43,753 bases of DNA from Sarea resinae (lineage: Eukaryota): assembly GCA_026026165.1 (NCBI GenBank), contig JAPEUD010000055.1, positions 124,001-167,753 of the forward strand, read 5' to 3'. The notes below the pieces were generated by a model. It did no database searches, was not told where the DNA came from, and was given only the letters and a program-made list of their open reading frames with translations. Position 1 is the first letter of the stretch. Every line of letters begins with the position of its first letter. Made by a program: the position numbers and the translations under genes. Below, piece by piece: positions 24,819 through 36,019 of the stretch.

Positions 24819-25450
24819 GGTTTGTCTTGAGTTGGGTACAGGCGTTGGTGTTGGAGGTGTAGCAGGTGTAGGTGTAGCAGATGCTGCTATCCTCTCCCTC
24901 TTTGTAGCTGTCGTTCTCCTCCTATACCAAATCCTCTCTACCCAAGAACGCCCTCCTCTTTCTTGTTCAAAGCAATGACAGCCTCATCCACGAAAACCAA
25001 TCTCGAAGCACACAAATCGTGGGAACCTCCCATGATATTGACCTCTTGTCTTTCGAGATATTCAGTCGGCGGGAAAGTACGAGACGCAATGGAGGCCACA
25101 CAGGATGTTGAGCTCGAAGAAGTCTCTGCACTGTATATGTCCTCTGTCTAGACGCCTGTCGAACGGCGGTTCCTCTAGTGGTCGTCGTTATGTGATGATG
25201 GTGTTGGTGTTGGTGGTGGTGGTGGTGAAATTGATCAATGTCTCGCTTCGGAGCTCCAGCTCGAGCTCCAAAAGCTGCAACAGAAGCTCCCCCACCATCT
25301 CCATCGCCATCTCTAGCCTCAGCCCTACGACACCTACCCACCCCATCCGTGAGCCGTCACAACCACAGCAGCACAGTACCACAAAAGCCCTCATCTCACT
25401 TGATCAAAGCCGACCCCCAACTCCTACCTCCATATAGGTCCTAGCTACCA

Positions 25451-25499
25451 TCATCCTCATCCTCATCCTCATCCTCATCCTCATCATCCTCATCCTCAT
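25451..25499. repeat. (TCATCC)n microsatellite upstream of MED21
   Basis: Five perfect copies at 25451-25480 plus degenerate copies. Confidence 0.9.
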
Positions 25500-25571
25500 T
25501 CCCACCTCGCATCGCATCGCAACAACGGCACCGAGGACGAGCACCAAGATACCACACCGAAAACCGCGAAG

Positions 25572-26186
25572 ATGACCGACATCCTGACACAGCTGCAGAC
25601 ATGTCTAGACCAAGTACGTCATGCGCCCCGACGGGGGAATTCCCGAAGCCTCTGCCATGCGCTCCCCGGGCCATCTCTACCTTTTCTCTATTCTCCTCTA
25701 CACCACCACCAGCCCCAAAGACCAAGCAGCACTAACGGCCCTTGCCAACCAAAACAGCTAGCAACTCAATTCTACGCCTCGATCCGCTACATAAACACGT
25801 ACCCGCCCAGCCCCAGCAACAGCAATAGCAACACCTCACACCCTCCGCCCAACCCCGCGCCTACCACCTCCCCCTCCAACAATATCAGCCCCAATAACAA
25901 CAACAACAACAACACCGCCACCACCACCACACCACCACCACCACCCACCCTCCCCTCAGCCCTGCGCGAGCTCTCCCGCGACCTGATCCTGAAAGAACAG
26001 CAGATCGAGTACCTGATCTCCGTGCTACCAGGGATCGGCTCGTCGCAGCTGGAACAAGAGGCGCGGCTGCGGGTGCTGGAGCGCGAGGTGCGCGAGGCCG
26101 AGGAGGAGAGGAGGAAGGCTGTCGCGGAGAGGGATCGGCTTGTTGGGGTGCTTGGGGACGTGATCGTTGGGGTTAGGAGGGTGTGA
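25572..26186 (+). CDS. SRB7: Mediator subunit Med21 (Srb7)
   Basis: Exons 25572-25613 and 25758-26186 (GTACGT..CTAAC..CAG) give [26 protein letters not shown]...[25 protein letters not shown], the Med21 signature. The linker has Asn/Thr/Pro runs encoded by (AAC)n and (ACC)n. Confidence 0.93.
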   Translation: MTDILTQLQTCLDQVRHAPRRGNSRSLCHALPGPSLPFLYSPLHHHQPQRPSSTNGPCQPKQLATQFYASIRYINTYPPSPSNSNSNTSHPPPNPAPTTSPSNNISPNNNNNNNTATTTTPPPPPTLPSALRELSRDLILKEQQIEYLISVLPGIGSSQLEQEARLRVLEREVREAEEERRKAVAERDRLVGVLGDVIVGVRRV

Positions 26187-26254
26187 GGATGTGAGGGTGA
26201 GGTGGGGTGGGGTGTGGAGCGGGGAAGGGGTTGGGTAAGGGGATAAATGGGGAG

Positions 26255-26426
26255 GAGAGAGAGAGAGAGAGAGAGAGAGATAGGCAGAGACGGAGACGGA
26301 GACGGAGACGGAGAGAGGAATAGGAGTAGAACTAGAAGACTAAAAGCGTACGAGGGGGAAAGAAAAGAATCTCTTATCTCTACAGCGCGCATATATACAC
26401 ACCTAGAGAGAGAGAGAGAGAGAGAG
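26255..26426. repeat. GA-rich microsatellite cluster
   Basis: (GA)13 at 26255-26280, (GAGACG)4 at 26287-26310 and (AG)11 at 26405-26426. Confidence 0.95.
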
Positions 26427-27484
26427 AAATCCATTTCTATCTCTGTACCATCCCTCTCCTCTACCCCCCTACACCCTCCCTCCCCCGTCCCTATCTTCTC
26501 CCCTCTTACCCCCTATCCTCTGTCCACTCTCCTTTTCCCTCCCTCTCTTCTTCCTTCTTCCTTCTCCCCTATCCTCACCCTACAATCCCCCCTCGCCCCC
26601 TTCACCACTACCACTAAACCCTAGCCTGCTCTCCCTAATACCATAAGTCATTTAAACCGTTAGTTGTTTGATTAATTAATACATTGTCCACCTACCTACC
26701 TACCTGACCTGACTTTCTACAAGAGTGAGTTAGTGACTAGGGAGGCAGCTAGGTATAGTATAGAATGTCAATGTCAATGTCGGAATGAACACAGAACAGC
26801 AGACAGCTGACAGCGGACAACAGACAAGAGACAGCAGACAAGAGAAAAGAGACAACGGACAAGAGACAACGGACACACGGGTATACTGTAGATGGCAAGC
26901 TACATTTCTATAGCAGCTCAGATAGATGGATGGATAGATAAAGATATTAGATTTACTAAATGATACAATCGCGTATGTACGTAGGTAGGTAGGTAGGTAG
27001 TACGCAAATTGCGGGCTCGAAATGCCCCTGCCCATCTCGACCAAGAATGATTCAATCAATAGGCTCGATTTCGTTTCGCTTTCCTGCGCTCTCCTTTCTT
27101 TCTTTCTTCCTTCTTTCTTGAAGACGCTTTCTTTTTCCTTTCTGGTCCTGTGATTCGTGGAGAGGGGGGACAGGATGGGATGGGATGGCATAGTAGAAGT
27201 ATTATGCAGATGGCTAGCTGGCGAGCAAGCGTGTTAGCTGTCGGTGTCGGTGTCGTGGTCGTGGTCGTGGTCGTGGTCGTGTTCATAGGTCGTCTGGCTG
27301 GCTAGATAGCAAGGGAATGGAGAGCAAAGGAACGCCGATGCGCCTGTGCCTGTGCCTGTGCCTGATCCGTATTCGTAGACGTATAGTATGATATAGTATA
27401 GGATAGTATAGCAGGGTGCATTATATTATAGCAATGGATGGGATGATTAATTTATAGTAGGTCACGTTGTCGTGGGCGTTGGCG

Positions 27485-29635
27485 CTAGGATGGTACCCTG
27501 AGGATAGTGATGAGTCAGATTTGTTGGATGATGAATAAGTCAAGCTTAAAGGGGAGGTATAGGGACGGCACGGGGGGTAGTGACAAGTGGGACGGAAGAA
27601 AGAAAAAACAGAAAACTCACCCCTCATAATCCCAGCCATTCAACTCGCGCTTAGTCCTCCTCGACGACCGTCGATTGGCACTACACTTAACAAACAGCGT
27701 CAGCGCGGTGACGAAGAGCACGATGATCGCGGCAATCGTCGGCACGATGACGGTGCGGCGATTCTCGGTCTGGGACTCGTGGTTGTTATAGGGGCAGGTG
27801 GCGTTAGGGCCGCCCATGACCCAGCAGTCGCCGCGGTCGAGGCTGTTGAAGTCGACCCAGATGCTGTAGTCCTCGTCAAGGTACTCGGGGCGTGAGAAGC
27901 CGGCGTGGTTGTACAGCGCCGCCAGTAGGTACGTGTTCTCCAGCGCGGTGCGCGGGGCCGAGAAGGTGGTGTTTGGCGGGCAGGCGTCGTCGGCGGCTGA
28001 ATACGGCACCGTGTACGGTGCGAGCTCCCACGCGTACGGCGACGGTCCGGATCGGCAGGCGGCGAGGTAGCGATTCGAGCAGTCGCAGGCGCGCCAGCGC
28101 CCATGCAGGGACGGGTCCAGAACGGCGCAGTCGTGGTCCACGACGACGGTGCTGTTGGTTTCGTTGTTAGAGGGTTGGCCCGGCGCCCACGACCAGATGG
28201 TGCTATGGGTAAAGTTTTGGTAGTAGGTGGGATTGACGTCGGCCGGCATATTGAAGAGGGTCGTATTTAGCAGTGGGGAGATGCCGCAGTTTGTGAGACG
28301 TGTGATTAGGTCGAGCTTGGAGTACGGCGACAGATCTGCTTTGAGGGCCTCAAGATTGAAGTCGTCGGTTGTAAAAGCCCAGGAGGAGTTGACCATTGCA
28401 AGATCGGTGATGTTGGTTTGGTAGATGCAGCCAGACTCAACGTTACCCGCATCGGAAATGTTCATGGTACGAAGCGCCTGAAACTCGTCCTGGGCGAAAA
28501 TGGTCCCCTGGTCGCCAGACATGTTGTAGCCCGCCATTTGAGGGTCAATGTCACCCCATCCAATGAGGAGCCGTCGGCCGTGAGAGAATTCGACGTAGAC
28601 TTCATTAGGCCAGCCATCGGGTGTCGAGTGGATGTTGTTGCGTGACGTATTGACCGTGAAGTAAGAAGTATCTGGGCTCTGCCAAGAAGCCGCCCGGTAC
28701 CACGAACTATTCAAATTGGCTCTATCTGAAGAAAGCTCGGAAGGGCCGTAGATGTATGCGGAAAGGTTACCCGAAAGTACTGGTCCAAGTAAACTAGAAG
28801 GGGCGGGAAGATCTGATGGGGAGGGCGCTTGAGCAGGCTTAGTCGGAGAGACCGCAGACGCATGCATATTGAAGACCAGGTAAAGAAGATTGGCAGACAA
28901 GGTGTTCTCTGTGCTGGTAAAGTAATCATTGAGAAGACCCATAAGGACGGAGAGATTGATGGTTGATGAACATGCGCAGCCTGAGGCCTCGAAGATGGTT
29001 CCATTGGGAGATGCTGAGACGGAGAAAGAGGGCTGAGTAATACTCGAGCTCGTCGAATTGTCTGACCCGACAAGTGGCGAAGTGGAGATGTCTGAGGTGA
29101 TTGATGATGAGGTCGGATCTGCGCTGCGGGCAACGACTCCTTGATGTTCCGACGATCTAGTTGATGACGGTGCGGTAGAGATAGAGGTGACGCTTGTCGT
29201 ATGAGGGGTCAGAAGGCCGGTAGAAAGAGCTCCCATACTGCTGCTCGGAGTTGGAGCAGTTGCTGACGGGCTCGTGTCACTGGAGACAGATGCAGGGATA
29301 GATACCGGGCAGAAGCTCCAGTCCTGGCGACCACTATCCCAGTAGACGTCTGCCAATAACCTCCGGAATCCCACCTCCAGCAGGTTCGAGAGGCATTGAA
29401 CAAATCGATCTTCGTCATATTGTCCGTCCGGGAAGCAAGCCGCCGTCAGCGAGACCGCCGGATGATTTACATAGTTGAGCGGGACTTGAAGGGATAGATC
29501 ACGTTGAGACTGGTTCATGCGTTAGCCTTTGCAGATATCTCAATTGGCATGGCGAAGTTGTCGACCTACTCGTTGAGCGGTATCCCAGGGATCTTTCTGA
29601 ACGGCGCTGGTGTTTGGACTGAAGCTCACAGACAT
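27485..29635 (-). CDS. MTC6: Mtc6-like membrane glycoprotein (PLC-like phosphodiesterase-type barrel, C-type-lectin-like segment, C-terminal TM)
   Basis: Exons 29635-29570, 29509-27621, 27497-27485. Motifs SQRDLSLQVPLNYV, LLEVGFRRLLADVYWD...WSFCPV, CGISPLLN, WSWAPGQP, DCAVL..GRWRACDC, FSAPRTALEN and WVDFNSL...CWV; TM VIVPTIAAIIVLFVTALTLFV; ends GWDYEG|VPS*. Confidence 0.85.
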
Positions 29636-30300
29636 TCGGAAGGTTCAGGTTTATGATCGTGGACTCGGTACGGCGTTGGTCTTCTCTGGTGGGCCAATGC
29701 GATAAGGAGAGCCAATGACGAAGAATCAATCTCATCGACGCCGAAGAGTCAGGGCTTCGGGGCAAGTCCTGTAACCCCGAACGATCTGGCACGAGAATGT
29801 ACAGGCAAAGCAGGTCCACATATAGCCCGTAGTCAATGGTAATGGGTAGAGGTCGGACAAGGGGGCCAGATCATGAGATACACGGACAATGATGATCGAA
29901 TACGACCTGGAAGCCGCTGGCCGGCGTTGAGATTTGGTGTTGAGCTATCAGACACGGATGCCGAGGTTTGGATGATGGAATGCGCGGCCCGGACTCCATC
30001 GGAATAATGTTAAAGCGGAGCCGATCAAAGCTGCCCGATGCGGTTAGCTCCCCGCTGAGACCAGACACGGTATTCATTATTCTCCTGTCATCAATCAATA
30101 ACCACGGAATTTCAACTTCAACTTCAACTTCAACTTCACCTTCACCTCCGACGCCCTCGACACTGGGTCACTTCAAAGACTCCTCTTCAGACAAGATTCT
30201 GCTTCATTACATCTGGATTGGAATTACCGCGAATAGAACATCTCACCTCCTTTTTCGTTTCTTTCCCTCTCCCCCTCCCTCTCTACCCACCACCACTATA

Positions 30301-31689
30301 ATGGCGTCCAATATGCCTCCCCAAGGCTCTCTCCGACCAGGCCAAACGCCAACGCCTCAGCAAATGCAAGCCATACAGCAGCAGCTCTCGGCTGAGGCCG
30401 CCAAGCGCGGAATCAGCATCCAGGAATACGTCGGCCAGCTCAAAGCAGACGCCATGCGCCGTCAGCAACAACAGCAGCAGCAACAAGGGCAACAGCCTCA
30501 GGGTAGTGCCTCGCAACAGCAACCACCAGCCCAAAATGCACCCCAGCAGGGCCAACAAGTCCCCATCAACCCGGGACCGCCAGATCCAAAAGCCGTCGCC
30601 GTGGCCAAGTGGCTGCGCTCGCAGGACCTGAAATCGCGCACTTGCATCTTCCAGGGCCAGCGCAAGGACATGTTCAAAGGTATCTTAGTCAATACTTCAC
30701 CTCAAATCATTCACTAGAACAGCTACAAGCCTGTTCGTTCCATATTCACTCATTCTGACTATGAATCCAAAAAAGTCAAACGTGCCCTCCGCGCCCTCCA
30801 ATCCCCCGCCTACACCGCCGCGCAGAAGAAGAACCCGGCCCTCCTCCCACCCGTCACCGATGTCCCCACTGCAGTATCGACCTTCAAACTCCTGCCGATG
30901 TCACTCCTCTCCCTGCGGGTGTCGAAGATCGATCCCTCACAAGCTCAGCCGAACGCAAAGGCCCCCAAGAAGAGCACCAAGGGCCTCTGGACCGTCAAAG
31001 TAGAACAACACCAAGATGTCGCGCCAGACCTGCACTACATGTGGCTGTACGAAGGGCCACAATGGCGCACCAAAGTCTACGCCGCGCTCGCCGTCGCCGC
31101 GCTCATCACCATCATCATGTTCCCGCTGTGGCCCGTCAAACTCCGCCTAGGGGTGTATTACCTATCGATGGCGATGTTGGGGCTCATCGGCTTGTTTTTC
31201 GCCATGGCCATTTTCAGGCTGATCCTTTTCTGTGTGACCGTATTCGTGGTGCCGCCGGGACTGTGGCTGTATCCGAACCTATTCGAAGACGTGGGATTCT
31301 TCGACTCGTTCAGGCCGTTGTGGGGATGGCAGGAGGTAAGAAGCCTTTCCCTTTCTCTCCAACACTGTTCCCCATTCAGTTCCAAAAGTAAATCTTCTAC
31401 CGCTTGTAACCGATATTAACCACCGTCACCCACACAGGACAAAAAGGCCAAAAAGAGCGCCTCCAAATCCAAGAAATCGAAATCGGCGGCCAAGAGCTCT
31501 AAAGACCACCCCTCGGCCCCGACCCCAGACGCAGCCACCTCTCCCACCGCCGCCGCAGCAGCTCCAACAGCCACCGACACGGCCACGACTACGGGTTCCG
31601 CGGCCTCTGCTACCCAGCCGGCGGCAGTCTCGCGTGCCCCGAGTCACTACACACGGCCGCAAGTGGAGGAGGTCGGCGACGACGAGTAG
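30301..31689 (+). CDS. SEC62: ER translocation protein Sec62
   Basis: Exons 30301-30679, 30776-31335, 31438-31689. Motifs WLRSQDLKSR...RKDMFK|VKRALRALQSPAY, two TMs around MFPLWP, PPGLWLYPNLFEDVGFFDSFRPLWGW and a Lys-rich tail ending PQVEEVGDDE*. The N-terminus is Gln-rich. Confidence 0.95.
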
Positions 31690-32979
31690 GAATCAAACCC
31701 ACGTTGCAAGATAATTCCAAATCGGCTCTATACCGATGGGCGGAGGGGGGTGGGAGGAGTGTTATACGGCGATGCAGAATAGTCGATAACGCGCCTCTAG
31801 CGTACGGGCCCGGGACACGCTAGATCTAGATCTTGACTAGACCTAGACCTTGCTGTCTTCGTCCCCATGACGCTTATGCATAGGGAGTGCGTGCGTGATG
31901 CGCTAGGGATTGGGTTGCCTTTTTCTTTGCCATTGTTTCTATTTCATCTTTCCGGCGAGCCGCTTCTTCTCTTTCTGCTTATTTGATACTTTCTGTTTGA
32001 GCTAGAGCATGGAGATGCCGTTGCTGTCGCTGCTGTCGCTGCTGGTACTCCCGCCGCCGCCACCACCACCACCACCACCACCATCATACTCGCTGAAAAC
32101 CCGGGGTAGGCAAGGGTGAGGATGAGGGTGAGGATATTTCCTCTCTCTCTCGGCTATCTCGTTCTGTCTGTTTTCTGAAGGGAAAAGCGAACAGCGAATA
32201 CACACAAACACATACATAGACATATTCTCGCACAGCAACATCCCCAGCACCAGCACCAGTACCAGCACCAGTACCAGCTATAGCATCAGCACTTAGCTCC
32301 GGCTCCGGTTCCTGCTCTGGCTCTGGCTGCTGCTCCGACTCCGATTCCGTGGCGTTTTACTCTGCTCATATCCCCACATCTACATTCTCATCCACATCTA
32401 CATCTACATCCACATGTACCCTCAATAGTCTACATAAATAAATGCATACGATACACACGTCCATACCTACATACATACACACACACATACAAACCAAGAT
32501 ACATATAAACATTTCATTTTTCTAGTCTATGAGAAAAGGGGCCCGAGGCCGGGCTCGCTCGTGTGGTCTATCGGAAAGAAAGCAAAAGAGAAGCGCGATA
32601 TGGAACAAGAAGAGAAGCTCAGGGCAAGAGCAAGCGAGTGAGCTCAAACCTCCCGTCCCGTGCCAGAGTCAGGCAAGAGAGGGCCGGCAGGGAAGAGGGA
32701 AAAAGGGATGGGGGGAAGGATGGAAAGAAGTAGATGTGGAGGGCTAGAGGAAAGAAATGGGTATAACGCCAGCAGTGAGGGAAACCGTATCCAGCACAGT
32801 AACGCAGACAGGCAAACCAGGAATAAAGTCGTCCGGAGAGAAATCAAAGAAAGGGAAATCAGTAAGGAAAAGCAGCTAGGACAAGGAGGAAAAGTCAAAG
32901 TCAGTCAGGCTCAAGGGAGGCTCTCACTCATACATATGCATAAGCAAGTGCGCGCACACAGGCCGAAGAGCAAGATAGC

Positions 32980-35205
32980 TCAGACATCTCTAGCGCTGGC
33001 CTCCCTCTTCCCCTGTCCAGCCCGCCTCACATGATCGTGTCGTACGCTCCACAGCGAGACGGCGAGGGCTAGGAAACTAGCACCAAAGGTAACCCAGTAG
33101 GCGGAACGGTAGCAGTTGAGGCCGTCTGGGCAGTCGCGCTGGCCATCCTCTAGGACGGCACTGTGGTGGTCGTAGATACGTCCTGCAGTTGTTCACATGA
33201 GTAAAATTTTCTTAGAATGACCGGGAAAGCGAGGGGAAATGATATCGTAACAACAAAGAAGTCCAACTGCTTACCGTAGACAATATTGAAAAGATTGCCG
33301 CTGATGATGGGAGCCATTGTCATGCAGCCCCAGCTATTGACTGTCAGCAGAGTCCCTGTGGTGCAACAGATTATACTCACTTTAATGACAGTCCATGGAC
33401 ACCGAACGCATCAGAAACCTGTGAGTTACGCGGTCAGAGCTGTACTGAACATAGTCGGGCATTGGCCTACCAAAGCGGGAAATGCGCCAAAGAGGAATCC
33501 ATATGCCACTGTATGATAGAGCGTCAGCTTTCTCGTCAGCAAACCAAAGAAGGATAGACGTACGTCCAGTGAGCCCAGAGACTACCCAGAGATTGTTCGG
33601 GTTTTCTACTTTGATGGCGCAAGTTTGGGCTGCACAGCAAATGATGCTGGCAGCTACCAAACACCAGAAGCGGCTCATGCCTAGCTTTTTGACGATGACG
33701 TCGGAACCGACCCCTATACGTGGTCAGATTTTATTTCTTTCCTTATATTCTAGTTTGAACTTACCACTAGATAGTCGGCCGACACAGCTCAGGACTGACA
33801 GCACAGAAACATGAAAGAGTTGGTTCTTCTGTATGACATCCGGTGTCACACTGTCGTCATAATGTCGCCAAAGAGCTTGGGCCTGGGAGCACATTAGTGA
33901 CAGGTCGTCTTATTTTAAATCTTTCACCTTACATCGTTTCCGATATTGCTATGTATCAATCAGCTTTCATTCTCCTCACTCTTCTCTCCAGATAGGTAGA
34001 AGCTCACTTGATAGTCATCAGCCCCACGCCAGTCAAAAGACCGAGAAGCGTGAAGAGCTGCCAAAATTCAATCTTTTGAAGCATTCTTAAACCTCGAATA
34101 TCTATGTGGAATTTCCGCTGGTCAACCTCGTTTCCTTCTCCCTCATGAGAAGCCTCAAATAAGCTTGAGGTAGATGATTTGGACACAAGAGACGAGGACT
34201 CGTCTGCGCCCGCGTTAGGGATGTCAGATGTCTCATGAGCGAATGAAAAGCTCCAACAAATGACAGAAAAGATGGAGGGTGTTTTCGGTGCCAGAGTGAA
34301 TGTAGTACATACCTGGCTCTGGTATCTGAAGTCCAGAGTTGTGCCTCCTTGTGCTAGACTTAGTTGACCGAGTCTCTTCATCCTCGTATCTTTCATGAGC
34401 GGGCAGCGTCGAATAAGCTGTGTGTGGCACAATTCGAAGAAAGAATAATGAGACGAAAACGAGTCCAAATGTACCGGCGGCAAGTACTGAAAGAAAATCG
34501 GAAGTATTGTGGGGAAAAGCGAAAGATGAGAGTGTTGAAAAAAAGAAGGCACTGAGACCGAAGGCGGATACAGGGAACGCCGTCGCCGTGCCCCGGTGAT
34601 GAGGCCAATTGAGAGCAGCTACACCTGTTAGCAGATCGTTTAGCCTTTGGCAAGGAATTCGCATACAGGTCTTGATCGCGGCAGAGAACGCGGAACAGCT
34701 GCCCACGCCAGTCAAGAAAGAGAAAACACATAGTAGCGCGACGCTCATAGAACCGACGCCGCCATCATAGGCTGCCTTGGTTAGCCCAGGCCTCTCACTT
34801 AGATGCTATCGAGCATACCCTTGTGGATGGGAAAATATCCAGCCCCTAGCAGCAAAGCACCGATGAAGACCGCCGGTCGAGGTCCTTTCGAATCGACCAA
34901 AAGACCTACAGGTATACCAGAGCCATACATTCCCAGGTTTCCCGCAACCCCCTAAATATATCAGCATCCGTGGATGGACCAGAGCTGGACAATGTGGACA
35001 TACGATCAAATTGCTTTGGGTCGCGGAAAGCTTCAACCTCTCGGCGAATTGTGGCGCCCATGCTGAGTATGCATACTAGGACCGAGGTTAGCTTGCGGAT
35101 CTGGCTCCGGACTCGGGGCTGGCGTACATTCGTCCCGCAAGCCAGCGCAATCAGGGTCGCTGCTATCACCGATAGTACTCGAGTGGTTCTATGCGTTCGT
35201 TCCAT
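32980..35205 (-). CDS. MCH1: MFS transporter, Mch1/nodulin-like family (13 exons)
   Basis: Twelve GT..AG introns (donors at 35127, 35003, 34818, 34666, ~34312, 34007, 33932, 33764, 33563, 33470, 33380, 33274) give one frame: LACGTN|YAYSAWAPQF, GNLGMYGSGIPVGLLVD, NWPHHRGTATAFPVSAFGLSAFFF, GLMTINNIG, GRLSSGVGSD, AYGFLFG, FGVHGLSLNWG, GRIYDHH, CPDGLNCY. The symbol is family-level. Confidence 0.88.
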
Positions 35206-36019
35206 AATCTTTTGTCGCTGCGCAAGCGGCACTTCTTCGACGTTACTGTAGATAGATAATAGGGCCTTCTTAACAGCGCATCGGACGAGTAGATGATCTT
35301 GATCAATGAGCGAAATCAGAAACTGGTATTGAGGTGTCGATCGATTCAGGGTGAGCTCAATTGCCGTTGAAATGTTGATCGCAACAGCTCGAGGTCGATG
35401 TCCCGTCACGAGCCTCGGCGATTGAAGGAGGGAGACGAGACAGCCCGAGGCGAGAGATGGCCGGTGTGACAGTAATTGAGCTGCTCGGCCTACCAGATTT
35501 CGAACGCGATGGAAGAAGTATGGAATGAGCTGAGATGGGCCGCGATGAGATGGATTGAGTCTGAATGTTCAAGACAAGAGTGAGGAAGAAGGAGAGAAAA
35601 GGGTGAGTGAGGGAGTGAGGGAGCGAGAGAATGAGGGAGTTGATATCGGAGATCGAAGGGTCCACCTTGGAGAACGACGGCCTACGTAGGCGCAACGACG
35701 TAAGAGGGCGTCTACTTGCGATGGAGTCCTTTGTGGCCAGCTCACGGCGGCCCGATACTTGCGATAAAGTACCCTGGCCTAACCCCAACCATCAAGAGCG
35801 TGGATACTAACCGCCATGCCCAAGGTCTCCGTCGCCTGCCGCAACACCATCGCCATTGTCGCCATCATCACCACCCTCACCAGCTAGATCCACATCTCTC
35901 CATCGCCGGCCTCGGTGCCAAACGCCTCAAGAACCCGTCACACTCAAGCACAATAACAGCCTTCGCCCTCGGATCGAGGTATCAAAGCTCTCTGCTGCTT
36001 GCCAGCGCCACTCCTCACC

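Noticed and set aside
24127..24978. Long antisense and alternative-frame ORFs over RRG7 (likewise over MTC6, MED21 and the L2HGDH-like gene)
   Set aside because: Expected shadows of GC-rich coding sequence with few off-frame stops.
1..29635. Apparent genome-maintenance cluster (PMS1, Rad5-like helicase, RRG7, MTC6)
   Set aside because: The genes are far apart and interspersed with unrelated housekeeping genes. The MTC6 name reflects a genetic-screen phenotype and the protein is a membrane glycoprotein. No shared motif was seen.
33184..34010. Possible nested (stwintron) or non-canonical introns in the MFS gene
   Set aside because: All segments resolve as ordinary GT..AG introns with branch-like sites and a continuous frame.
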